A stretch of 32,000 nt of DNA from an uncultured bacterium. Its GTDB lineage: Bacteria; Margulisbacteria; WOR-1; CAVSGV01. Below the pieces are notes generated by a model. That model searched no databases. It had not been told where the DNA came from and saw only the letters and a program-made list of their open reading frames with translations. Positions 1 through 7,905 of the stretch are shown in pieces. The DNA is taken from positions 330,001-362,000 of the forward strand of contig OY969425.1 in the NCBI GenBank assembly GCA_963699255.1. The letters run 5' to 3'. A program made the position numbers and the translations under genes. Within the stretch, counting starts at the first letter, position 1. Each line of letters opens with the position of its first letter.

Positions 1-645
1 AACCCGCTCAAGCTCCTTCTGATGTTCGTCGGCGCGTTTTCGATCGTTTTCGGCGCTCTTGCCGCGCTGGGGCAGAGTGACATGAAGAGGATGTTCGCTT
101 ATTCCAGCATCAGCCAGGTCGGCTATATAGTAATAGGGCTGGGCTGCGGCACGCCGCTTTCGGTCTTCGGCGCCATATTCCATCTGCTGAATCACGCGAT
201 ATTTAAATCCCTTTTGTTCGTTAATGCCGCCGCCGTGGAATCCCAGACCGGATCGAGGGACATGGACAAGATGTCGGGTCTCGCGGAAAAAATGCCGGTG
301 ACCGGCGTTACATCGCTTCTGGCGATGCTTTCAGCCTCGGGGATCCCTCCGCTTTCGGGTTTCTGGAGCAAACTCATCATTATCATGGCGCTCTGGATAT
401 CGGGTTATCATGTTTATGCCGTTATCGCCGTGTCTGCCAGTATTATCACGCTCGCTTATTTTCTCTCGATGCAGAGGCGCGTTTTCTTCGGCAAGACCGG
501 CGGTGAATTCGCCAATATAAAAGAAGCGGGAATTAAATTGCTAGTTCCTTCGCTCATGCTCGCATTATTGATAGTTCTCATAGGGATATTATTTCCTTTT
601 CTTGCGGGTCTGTACGTGAACCCGGCAGGATTATTGGGAGGATGA
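1..645 (+). CDS. Proton-conducting membrane subunit of the NuoL/M/N - MrpA/D family (MbhH-like), C-terminal fragment; the 5' end lies outside the window
   Basis: Frame 1 is open from nt 1 (NPLKLLL precedes the listed Met at 22). The product is polytopic and hydrophobic. Family-typical strings are AYSSISQVGYI, HLLNHAIFKSLLF and GIPPLSGFWSK. It sits directly upstream of the hydrogenase core genes. Confidence 0.8.
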   Translation, partial: NPLKLLLMFVGAFSIVFGALAALGQSDMKRMFAYSSISQVGYIVIGLGCGTPLSVFGAIFHLLNHAIFKSLLFVNAAAVESQTGSRDMDKMSGLAEKMPVTGVTSLLAMLSASGIPPLSGFWSKLIIIMALWISGYHVYAVIAVSASIITLAYFLSMQRRVFFGKTGGEFANIKEAGIKLLVPSLMLALLIVLIGILFPFLAGLYVNPAGLLGG

Positions 646-649
646 CTTT

Positions 650-1144
650 GTGGTGATAAACGAGGTACTTCTTATAGCTCTGATCGCGGCCGCGCTATGC
701 ACCGTTATGGCCAGAAGTCTGCTGCGATCCGCCATCTTTCTCGCGATTACGAGCGCGATACTTTCCGTGATCATGTTCAGGCTGGGCAGTCCTGTGGCCG
801 CCGTTTTCGAACTTTCGGTTTGCGCCGGGCTGATATCCGCGTTGTTCTTCTGCATAATAACCATCACGGAACCTCTGACGCCGGAAAAAGTGCGCGAAGA
901 AGCAAAGGCGAGATTCGAACGGTTCTGGTATTTGCCTCCTCTGGTCGTGCTGGCCGGGTTCATTCTGAGGTTCTTAAGCGTTACGATCGATGTTAAGCGG
1001 GCTGTTCCGATGGAGATCGCGGACGTCAGGAGCATTCTGTGGGGACAAAGGCAGCTTGACCTCATAGGGCAGATAATAATACTTCTCTGCGGGGTCTTCG
1101 GCATAGTCATATTATTGAAGGAGCTGAGGAAAAAACGTGGTTAG
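650..1144 (+). CDS. Small hydrophobic antiporter-module subunit (MnhB/DUF4040 - MbhD/E - NuoJ-like)
   Basis: GTG start 5 nt after the previous stop. 164 aa with 4-5 predicted TM helices. The segment RSLLRSAIFLAITSAILSVIMFRLGSPVAAVFELSVCAGL resembles the MnhB/DUF4040 pattern. Operon context supports the call. Assignment is by recalled family pattern only. Confidence 0.5.
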   Translation: MVINEVLLIALIAAALCTVMARSLLRSAIFLAITSAILSVIMFRLGSPVAAVFELSVCAGLISALFFCIITITEPLTPEKVREEAKARFERFWYLPPLVVLAGFILRFLSVTIDVKRAVPMEIADVRSILWGQRQLDLIGQIIILLCGVFGIVILLKELRKKRG

Positions 1145-1457
1145 CATGCCGTTAAATATATTCTGGATCTTCAGCGTTTACATCATAGTCCTTTTCGTGA
1201 TGGGTTTGTATTGCATCCTGGTCACGCTCAATCTTGTAAGGGCGCTTATCGGGATCGAGATATTGATGAAGGCCGTTACGCTCCTGATAATAATCTCCGG
1301 TCAGGCTTGCGGCAGCGCGGCGCTTTCCCAGGCGATGATCATAACACTTATAGTGATTGAAACGGTCTTCATTGCGGTAGCTATGGGGATAGTCCTCTGC
1401 TTTTACAAGTATACCGGGTCTCTTGACACAAAGAACATGACCAAGCTGAAAGGATAA
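1137..1457 (+). CDS. MnhC/NuoK-like small membrane subunit (MbhG-like)
   Basis: GTG start 6 nt after GAGGA, overlapping the previous stop by 8 nt. 106 aa with 3 TM helices. Size and layout match NuoK/MrpC-type subunits. An alternative ATG lies at 1146. Confidence 0.6.
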   Translation: MVSMPLNIFWIFSVYIIVLFVMGLYCILVTLNLVRALIGIEILMKAVTLLIIISGQACGSAALSQAMIITLIVIETVFIAVAMGIVLCFYKYTGSLDTKNMTKLKG

Positions 1458-1460
1458 TAA

Positions 1461-1793
1461 ATGAACGATTATTTACTTACGCCGCCGGTCAGTTTCATGA
1501 TCATATTGGCGGCATCATGGCTTCTTTCGTATGCGTCGTCATTTCTCTCGTTCAAGAATAAGGGAACGACGGAGGGAGAAAAGAAAGCTTACGCCTGCGG
1601 AGAAGACAATTATGACAATATGGCCCGTCCCGATTACAGCCAGTTCTTCATTTTCGCGTTCTTTTTCACGCTCGCGCATGTTACCACTCTCATAATCACA
1701 ACGATGCCGAAAGGCGCGCTGGATGTTTTCCTTATCGCGACCGCTTACATCGTGGTGGGCCTTGTGTCATTGCTTATATTGTTCAGGAGTTGA
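1461..1793 (+). CDS. NuoA-like small membrane subunit (MbhI-like)
   Basis: 110 aa. A TM helix is followed by KKAYACGED, which resembles the NuoA YECG motif, then two more TM helices. The ATG lies 4 nt after the previous stop. Confidence 0.5.
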   Translation: MNDYLLTPPVSFMIILAASWLLSYASSFLSFKNKGTTEGEKKAYACGEDNYDNMARPDYSQFFIFAFFFTLAHVTTLIITTMPKGALDVFLIATAYIVVGLVSLLILFRS

Positions 1794-1797
1794 GGGA

Positions 1798-2232
1798 ATG
1801 AAAGTCATCGATAAAATAGTGCTATGGTCAAGGCTAAAATCACCGTGGGTGCTGCATTTCAATACGGGAGCGTGCAACGCTTGCGACATAGAGATCGTTG
1901 CGGCGCTAACTCCAAAATTCGACCTGGAACGTTTCGGCATACTGCTTAAGGGCACGCCAAGGCATGCCGATATACTTCTGTGCTCGGGGCCGGTCACAAG
2001 GCAGATCGAGGACAGGTTGATAAGGATCTATGAACAGATGGCGGAACCGAAGTTCGTGGTCGCTGTGGGGACATGCGCGTGTTCGGGCGGGATCTTTGAC
2101 GGATGCTATAATGTTAAAGGCGGGATAAATTCCGTGATTCCAGTGTCTGCTTACATTCCCGGATGCCCCGCAAGCCCGAAAGCCATCATGGACGGAGTGG
2201 TCAAACTGCTCCAGAGCCTGGAGGGAAAATGA
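1798..2232 (+). CDS. [NiFe]-hydrogenase small subunit, NuoB-like (MbhJ/EchC-type)
   Basis: ATG at 1798 is preceded by GAGGGA; the track ORF from 1723 overlaps the previous gene. Four Cys ligands for the proximal [4Fe-4S] cluster are present: GACNACD, GTCACSGG and IPGCPASP. Confidence 0.9.
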   Translation: MKVIDKIVLWSRLKSPWVLHFNTGACNACDIEIVAALTPKFDLERFGILLKGTPRHADILLCSGPVTRQIEDRLIRIYEQMAEPKFVVAVGTCACSGGIFDGCYNVKGGINSVIPVSAYIPGCPASPKAIMDGVVKLLQSLEGK

Positions 2233-2702
2233 TGTCAGAAGAAGAAAAGATAAAACAGGGATTGACCGATAAGTTCAGTTATCTTCAGGACAGGGTTTTC
2301 GTGAAAAGGGCGAGGCGTATCTTTCTGGAAGTGAACATGGAAAAGTTCCCTGAGGTGTTCGATCATGCGGTAAGGTCATTGGGCTTTTCGATGCTCACAA
2401 CGATAACCGGTCTCGATGAAGGAGAAAGGTTCGGGCTCATATATCATCTGGCTTCCGAGACGGGCATAATGCTCAATATCAAGACGAGCATACCTAAAGG
2501 GACCCCCGTCCTTCAGACCGTCACGGGATATTTCCCGAGCGCTGAGATGTATGAAAGGGAAATGGCGGATCTTCTGGGCATAGACGTAAAGGGACTGCCG
2601 GAAGGGAACCGATACCCTCTTCCTGATGATTGGCCGGCGGGTCAATATCCGCTGCGCAAGGGCTTTAATAAAGATGTTCTGGATAAAAAGGAGATGCGTT
2701 GA
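2229..2702 (+). CDS. Hydrogenase subunit, NuoC-like (MbhK-type)
   Basis: The ATG overlaps the previous stop (ATGA) and is preceded by GGAGGGA. The NuoC-type C-terminal pattern FPSAEMYEREMADLLGI...GNRYPLPDDWP is present. Confidence 0.85.
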   Translation: MMSEEEKIKQGLTDKFSYLQDRVFVKRARRIFLEVNMEKFPEVFDHAVRSLGFSMLTTITGLDEGERFGLIYHLASETGIMLNIKTSIPKGTPVLQTVTGYFPSAEMYEREMADLLGIDVKGLPEGNRYPLPDDWPAGQYPLRKGFNKDVLDKKEMR

Positions 2703-3925
2703 TCATGGGTGAAGAAAAAGAATTCAAGATACCTATAGGGCCCCAGCATCCTGCCCTGAAAGAGCCCGTCAGCTTCAGCCTCGCGCTTAGAGGCGAGAAG
2801 ATAATGGGCGTCGATGTGCGTCTGGGCTATAACCACCGGGGCATAGAAAAGGCCTGTGAGGAGAGGACCTATGTCCAGGATGTTTATCTGGTAGAGAGAA
2901 TATGCGGCATCTGCTCCCACGCGCATTCCACCTGTTTTGTTCAGGCAGTCGAGGAGATCGCGGGACTAGAAGTTCCGAGACGCGCTCTTTATATACGAAC
3001 ATTGATAGGGGAACTGGAAAGGGTACACAGCCATCTCTTGTGGCTCGGCGTCGCGGGGCATGAAATAGGTTTTGACACGCTTTTGATGTTCACATGGCGG
3101 GACAGGGAAGTCGTCATGGATCTTCTTGCCTTGCTGACAGGGAACCGCGTCAATTACGGGATCAACACTATCGGCGGGGTGAGGAGAGATATCAGGGCGG
3201 AGGATATCAAAGAAATACTCAAGGCCATGGATATTCTGGAGGACAGGACAAAATATTATATTGAAGTCGCCACTCAGGAGACGACGGTCGTGAACAGGCT
3301 TTCCGGGGTCGGGGTTCTTTCTCATGATGATGCGATCAAGCTTGGCGCGGTCGGACCCACTGCCCGCGCATCGTCGCTGTCCAGGGATATAAGGCGGGAC
3401 GATCCATATGCTGCCTACGGGGAAATGAATTTTGAAGTTATTACCGATGATCACAACGATGTTTTTGGCCGGGCGGTCGTCAGGCTTAAAGAACTCCTTG
3501 AATCATACAAGATCGTCAGACAGGCTGTCGGGGCTCTCCCCGAAGGCCCTATCACCGTGAAAGCCCCCAGGAAGATACCGGCGGGCGAAGCCGTAAGCCG
3601 TTACGAAGCTCCAAGGGGAGAGGATATGCATTACGTGAAATCGAACGGCACGGATAAGCCGGAAAGGGTGAAGGTCCGGGCGCCGACGCTCGCGAACATT
3701 CAGGCGGTAAGAACAATGCTGCGCGACAGGTATCTGGCAGACATGCCTATAGTTGTTGCAGCGATAGACCCGTGTTTCTCCTGCACCGACAGGCTGATAC
3801 AGATAGAGAGGCAGGATAATAACAGAACGGAGATCATCGAGTGGCAGGAACTCCGCGACTACAGCATTGAGTGGTATCGCAGGCGAGGGATAGATTTTAA
3901 GAACGTGGGGAAGAGCAAAAGATGA
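2699..3925 (+). CDS. [NiFe]-hydrogenase large (catalytic) subunit, group 4, NuoD-like (MbhL/EchE/HycE-type)
   Basis: N-terminal Ni-Fe ligand motif RICGICSHAHS (CxxC) and C-terminal DPCFSCTDR (CxxCxxR) are both intact. 43 residues follow the C-terminal motif. The start is TTG 2699 or ATG 2705, after AAGGAG. Confidence 0.92.
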   Translation: MIMGEEKEFKIPIGPQHPALKEPVSFSLALRGEKIMGVDVRLGYNHRGIEKACEERTYVQDVYLVERICGICSHAHSTCFVQAVEEIAGLEVPRRALYIRTLIGELERVHSHLLWLGVAGHEIGFDTLLMFTWRDREVVMDLLALLTGNRVNYGINTIGGVRRDIRAEDIKEILKAMDILEDRTKYYIEVATQETTVVNRLSGVGVLSHDDAIKLGAVGPTARASSLSRDIRRDDPYAAYGEMNFEVITDDHNDVFGRAVVRLKELLESYKIVRQAVGALPEGPITVKAPRKIPAGEAVSRYEAPRGEDMHYVKSNGTDKPERVKVRAPTLANIQAVRTMLRDRYLADMPIVVAAIDPCFSCTDRLIQIERQDNNRTEIIEWQELRDYSIEWYRRRGIDFKNVGKSKR

Positions 3926-4860
3926 ACGGTCTTTTATCTATCCTGATATTTCCGGGATTATTATTTTTAGGCATATTCGCCCTGATCGCTGAATATGCGG
4001 ACAGGAAAATTTACGCGAGGCTGCAGAACAGGGTAGGGCCTCCGTTTTTCCAGCCGCTCGCCGATTTCATCAAGCTTCTCGCAAAAGAGGAGATAATTCC
4101 TGAAGACGCAAACCCTCAAATGTTCAAGCTTGCTCCTTTGTTCGCGCTCGCGGCGGTGGTTACATCGGTATTTTACATGCCGCTGTGGAAGACCGGCGCG
4201 CTTTTCTCTTTTACGGGAGACGCGATAGTCGTCCTTTATCTGCTCACAATTCCGACGATGGCGTTCTTCATCGGAGGATGGTATTCTTCGTCCCTTTTCG
4301 CGAGGATAGGATCGGTAAGGGCAGTTGTTGCCCTGTTTTCCTATGAAGTTCCATTGTTCATGGGCGTGCTTTCATCGGCGATGCTCGCCGACTCATGGTC
4401 CCTTTCGGGCATCGCATTATTCTATGAAAAGCACCCCTGGTTCTGGCTTTTCAACCTGATCGGTTTTGGGGTTTCATTGACCGCTTTGCTCGGGAAGCTG
4501 GAAAAAGGCCCGTTCGATATCCCCGAAGCCGAAACGGAGATCGTGGCGGGAGCTTTCACGGAATACAGCGGCAGGTTCCTTGCCATACTGAGGTTGGTCA
4601 TAGACATGGAAATGGTCGTAGGTGCCTCGCTTCTGGCGGCGGTTTTCCTTCCGTTCGGCTTGACCCTTGTACCCGCTGCCGGCTTCATACTATATGTCAT
4701 AAAAGTCTTCTTTGTGGTAGCCCTGATTTCATTGATGCGCACGGTCATGGCGCGCCTCAGGATAGACCAGATGATAGAGTTTTGCTGGAAGTATCTGGTC
4801 CCGCTCGGGATGCTTCAGCTTCTTATTAACTTCCTTATAAAAGGGGTAATTTTGCCATGA
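3922..4860 (+). CDS. Hydrogenase membrane subunit, NuoH/HycD-like (MbhM-type)
   Basis: The start overlaps the previous stop (ATGA). 312 aa, polytopic. Contains the NuoH-type loop GPFDIPEAETEIVAGAFTEYSG. Confidence 0.85.
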   Translation: MNGLLSILIFPGLLFLGIFALIAEYADRKIYARLQNRVGPPFFQPLADFIKLLAKEEIIPEDANPQMFKLAPLFALAAVVTSVFYMPLWKTGALFSFTGDAIVVLYLLTIPTMAFFIGGWYSSSLFARIGSVRAVVALFSYEVPLFMGVLSSAMLADSWSLSGIALFYEKHPWFWLFNLIGFGVSLTALLGKLEKGPFDIPEAETEIVAGAFTEYSGRFLAILRLVIDMEMVVGASLLAAVFLPFGLTLVPAAGFILYVIKVFFVVALISLMRTVMARLRIDQMIEFCWKYLVPLGMLQLLINFLIKGVILP

Positions 4861-5246
4861 AGTTCGGCACCACGAGGCTTGGCAAAATGATATTGGAGGT
4901 CCTTCGAACGTTCCTTAAAAAACCGGCCACAATTCTGTATCCGGCTGAAAAAATAGATATGCCGGAGAAGTTCAGGGGCAGGATCAAGTTCTATCCCGAA
5001 AAGTGCATAGGCTGCATGCTCTGCATGAAAGATTGTCCTTCAAATGCCATAAAGATAAGCAAACTTCCGGACGGAAAATTCGAAGCGGAAATAGACCTTG
5101 ATAAGTGCATTTACTGCGCGCAGTGCGTTGATTCCTGCCCGAGGAAAGCCCTAGAAGCGACAAAAGACGTGGAGCTCGCGCAGCTGGACAGCAAAAAATT
5201 AAAGGTTGTGCTACGTGCGGGACCTCAGGAACAAACTCAAAAGTAA
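4857..5246 (+). CDS. 2x[4Fe-4S] ferredoxin-like subunit, NuoI-like (MbhN-type)
   Basis: ATGA overlap with the previous gene. Two CxxCxxCxxxCP motifs are present: CIGCMLCMKDCP and CIYCAQCVDSCP. Confidence 0.85.
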   Translation: MKFGTTRLGKMILEVLRTFLKKPATILYPAEKIDMPEKFRGRIKFYPEKCIGCMLCMKDCPSNAIKISKLPDGKFEAEIDLDKCIYCAQCVDSCPRKALEATKDVELAQLDSKKLKVVLRAGPQEQTQK

Positions 5247-5721
5247 CCTCAAAGGCGCCACAAGAATAGCGGTCCTGGGTGTTGGTTCCGATCTTAGGGC
5301 CGATGATTTTGCCGGCATGCTTGTCGCGCAGGAACTGGATAGCTCCTCAAAAACCATAAACAGGTCGACGCAGTTCAAAGTGTTCTTCGGCCATACCGCC
5401 CCGGAAAACCTTTCGGGTGAGATAAGGAATTTCAATCCAAGCCACGTCATCATTATCGACGCAGCTGAGGTCGGTAAAAAGGCCGGTCAGGTCGCATTCT
5501 TTACACCGGAAGACGCGGGTGGGATCTCTTTTTCAACCCACAAGCTCCCGATAAAAGTGCTTGCCCAATATCTTACTGAATCTTTCGGGTGCAAGGTCGC
5601 CATCATAGGCATCCAGCCGAAGACCCTTGATTTTGACAAGCCAGTTTCAAAGGAAGTGAGAACATCCGTGAAAGTCGTTTCTAAAACCGTAAAGGATGTT
5701 ATAATCAGCTCCGGGAAGTAA
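5215..5721 (+). CDS. hycI: Hydrogenase maturation endopeptidase (HycI/HyaD family)
   Basis: Family strings include RIAVLGVGSDLRADDFAG, HVIIIDAAEVG and FSTHKLP. GTG 5215 lies 11 nt after AAAGG and is the most downstream possible start. The track start TTG 5206 is also possible. Confidence 0.8.
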   Translation: MRDLRNKLKSNLKGATRIAVLGVGSDLRADDFAGMLVAQELDSSSKTINRSTQFKVFFGHTAPENLSGEIRNFNPSHVIIIDAAEVGKKAGQVAFFTPEDAGGISFSTHKLPIKVLAQYLTESFGCKVAIIGIQPKTLDFDKPVSKEVRTSVKVVSKTVKDVIISSGK

Positions 5722-5729
5722 AAGGAAAA

Positions 5730-5860
5730 GGGGATATCGGAATATGGGAATTAAGTTTGGGGATATGGGAACATGGGGATATAGGAAAAAATGGGTCCCA
5801 ATTTCCCGATTCCCTACTTTCCTAAACCATGTCCCAGTATTCCTATATTCCTGTATTTCC
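5730..5860. repeat. Convergent array of a roughly 10-nt GGRATAT(N)GG unit (4 forward, 4 reverse copies); imperfect 130-nt dyad
   Basis: Forward copies lie at 5730, 5739, 5759 and 5775. Reverse-complement copies lie at 5804, 5832, 5841 and 5851. The dyad is centred on TGGGTCCCA (5792-5800). Confidence 0.5.
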
Positions 5861-5935
5861 ATTTATTGAGGGTGTGAGCAAAGCGAGCGGGGGTTATTCT
5901 AGGGTTTATACAGGTTTCAAAAGGAGGGGATAGTT

Positions 5936-6316
5936 GTGGCGACTTTTAAAGTTTTGATGATAGATGATGAAGTGAACTATCCGATGGCGTTCAAGTTCCT
6001 TATGGAATCAAAGGGCGGTTACGAGGTCTATCTGGCAACGACCGGCGAGGAAGGGCTGGAAATGGCCAAAGAAAAGAAACCCGACATGATATTTCTTGAC
6101 GTTATGATGCCTGGCTTCGATGGTATAGAAACGCTTAAAAGATTAAAGGCCGATAGCGGGCTGAAGAACATCCCTGTGGTCATGCTTACGGCAGTTGTTA
6201 CTGAAAAAGCAAAGGCGGAATCCCATAATTTACAGGTTGAAGGTTATTTGAGTAAACCGCTTGAAATGGACGTTTTGCTGGCAAAGATAGAAGAGATAAA
6301 AAGCCGGGTCACCTGA
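5936..6316 (+). CDS. Stand-alone response-regulator receiver domain protein (CheY-like)
   Basis: GTG start after AAGGAGGGG. Receiver-domain residues are present: MIDDE, the phospho-acceptor context MIFLDVMMPGFDG, VVMLTA and YLSKP. There is no output domain (126 aa). Confidence 0.85.
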   Translation: MATFKVLMIDDEVNYPMAFKFLMESKGGYEVYLATTGEEGLEMAKEKKPDMIFLDVMMPGFDGIETLKRLKADSGLKNIPVVMLTAVVTEKAKAESHNLQVEGYLSKPLEMDVLLAKIEEIKSRVT

Positions 6317-6380
6317 GGCGGTCGGTTTCCGCGGTATTTTCGCATGGCAAATTGTTGAAAAATATAGGATAATCACCGCT

Positions 6381-6635
6381 ATGAACCATATCTTTTTTAT
6401 TGGAGCTTCTGCCGCTTTATTGACCACTGCAGGATTTTTCCCCCAGGTCATAAAAGCCCATAAAACAAGGCACACAAAAGATCTTTCGCTTATAATGTAT
6501 ATCTTGCTTTGCGCCGGCCTGATCCTCTGGGTAGCTTACGGGCTTTTGCTGAGGCAAGCTCCAATCATCGCCGCAAATGCGGTCACTTTGGTGTTATGCC
6601 TCTATATCGTTTTCCTGAAGATAAAATACGGATAG
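6381..6635 (+). CDS. SemiSWEET / PQ-loop (MtN3-like) 3-TM transporter
   Basis: 84 aa with 3 TM helices. The PQ motif sits in TM1 (FFPQVIKAHKTRHTKDLSL), followed by WVAYGLL. Confidence 0.7.
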   Translation: MNHIFFIGASAALLTTAGFFPQVIKAHKTRHTKDLSLIMYILLCAGLILWVAYGLLLRQAPIIAANAVTLVLCLYIVFLKIKYG

Positions 6636-6648
6636 ATGGGGCAGGGGC

Positions 6649-6695
6649 ACCACACATTCAAATGTGTGGAATTTACCCCACTCATTAGTGTGGGG
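6649..6695 (+). terminator. Two tandem stem-loops after the SemiSWEET gene (possible terminator)
   Basis: The first is CCACACAT-TCAA-ATGTGTGG (6649-6668, perfect 8 bp). The second is ACCCCAC-N8-GTGGGGT (6674-6695, 7 bp). Neither is followed by a strong T-tract. Confidence 0.35.
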
Positions 6696-6722
6696 TGTTA
6701 GCTGAAATTAATAGGGGGGGAC

Positions 6723-7262
6723 ATGTTCATTCCCGTTATATTAGGGACCGCCAGGGCAGGCAGGCAATCGGAAAAAGTGGCTAATTTTATTATTGAAGAA
6801 ACTAAAAAAGCCGGCTTTGAGACCGCTTTGATCGATGTTCGCGATCTCAGGACCAGCGCAACGGATAACTCTCAAAGTTCCCCTCAGGCAAAGAAATTGA
6901 TCCCGATTATCGAAAAGGCCGATGCTTTGATCATAGTTTCCCCGGAATACAACCATGGCTATCCGGGAGAGCTTAAGCTTATGCTGGATCTGCTTTACAA
7001 GCAATACGCGAGGAAACCTGTGAGCTTTTGCGGTGTTTCCGCCGGAGGCTTGGGCGGGGCCAGAGTGGTTGAACAGCTGAGACAGGTGGTTGTTGAACTC
7101 CACATGGTGCCGATAAGGGAGGCTTTGTATTTTCCCGTTGTCCAAGATCTGTTCGATGAAGGAGGTAAATTGAAGTCCCCCGATTCATACAAGGACAAGA
7201 TAAAGAGCTTTTTTACTGAATTGACTTGGTATGCCGATGCTTTGAGATCGGCGAGCAAATAA
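6723..7262 (+). CDS. NAD(P)H-dependent FMN reductase family protein
   Basis: The N-terminus is [15 protein letters not shown]. The family core [16 protein letters not shown] is present. 179 aa. The start is preceded by a G-rich RBS. Confidence 0.8.
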   Translation: MFIPVILGTARAGRQSEKVANFIIEETKKAGFETALIDVRDLRTSATDNSQSSPQAKKLIPIIEKADALIIVSPEYNHGYPGELKLMLDLLYKQYARKPVSFCGVSAGGLGGARVVEQLRQVVVELHMVPIREALYFPVVQDLFDEGGKLKSPDSYKDKIKSFFTELTWYADALRSASK

Positions 7263-7279
7263 AAAAGGGAGGGATATTT

Positions 7280-7897
7280 ATGGTAGAAGGAAAGTTTTAC
7301 AGTCTGCCGGATCTGTCTTATGGTTACAATGAGTTGGCTCCGCACATGTCCGAGGAACAGTTGAAGATCCATCATGACAAGCACCACATGGCATATGTCA
7401 AAGGTGCGAACGCCATACTTGAGAGGCTTGATAAAGCCAGGATCGACAAAGCGGACCTGGACATGAAGGCGACATTAAAGGACTTATCCTTCCAGATCGG
7501 CGGGCATGTGCTGCATTCCCTGTTCTGGGGTAATCTGGCTCCTGCCGGAAAGGGCGGGGGCGCTCCTGTCTCCACGCTTGCAAAAGAGATAGAAAAGGAA
7601 TTCGGGTCTTTCGAAAGGTTCAAGAAGGAATTTTCTGCGGCTGCCGCAGGTGTTGAAGGATCCGGATGGGCGGCCCTGACATACTGCATGCATACAAAGC
7701 GGCTTATCATAATGCAGATAGAAAAGCATAATACGAACGTATATCCGATGTTCGGCATCGTGCTTGTGATAGACGTTTTTGAGCATGCCTATTACATCGA
7801 TTACAAGAACGAAAGGGCCAAATTCATCGATGCCTTCTGGAATATAGTGAATTGGGCGGAGGTCAACAAAAGGCTAGAAAACCTCTTGAAAAAGTAA
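7280..7897 (+). CDS. Fe/Mn-family superoxide dismutase
   Basis: ATG 7280 follows AAGGGAGGGA; the track ORF from 7226 is an upstream extension. Family strings include [28 protein letters not shown] and [11 protein letters not shown]. Metal specificity is not determinable here. Confidence 0.9.
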   Translation: MVEGKFYSLPDLSYGYNELAPHMSEEQLKIHHDKHHMAYVKGANAILERLDKARIDKADLDMKATLKDLSFQIGGHVLHSLFWGNLAPAGKGGGAPVSTLAKEIEKEFGSFERFKKEFSAAAAGVEGSGWAALTYCMHTKRLIIMQIEKHNTNVYPMFGIVLVIDVFEHAYYIDYKNERAKFIDAFWNIVNWAEVNKRLENLLKK

Positions 7898-7905
7898 GTG
7901 CAATT

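Noticed and set aside
631-1110. 159-aa minus-strand and 99-aa plus-strand ORFs overlapping the MnhB-like gene; similar ORFs lie inside the other hydrogenase genes (1767-1997, 2376-3454, 4422-4748, 5211-5453)
   Set aside because: They overlap operon genes that have conserved motifs and tight translational coupling. Nothing independent supports them.
1723-1797. Upstream Met extensions offered by the track for several genes: 1723, 2163, 7226, 7852, 12229, 15347, 21039 and 25373
   Set aside because: Each extension overlaps the preceding gene and lacks an RBS. An internal start with a Shine-Dalgarno sequence, matching the family's normal N-terminus, is available in every case.
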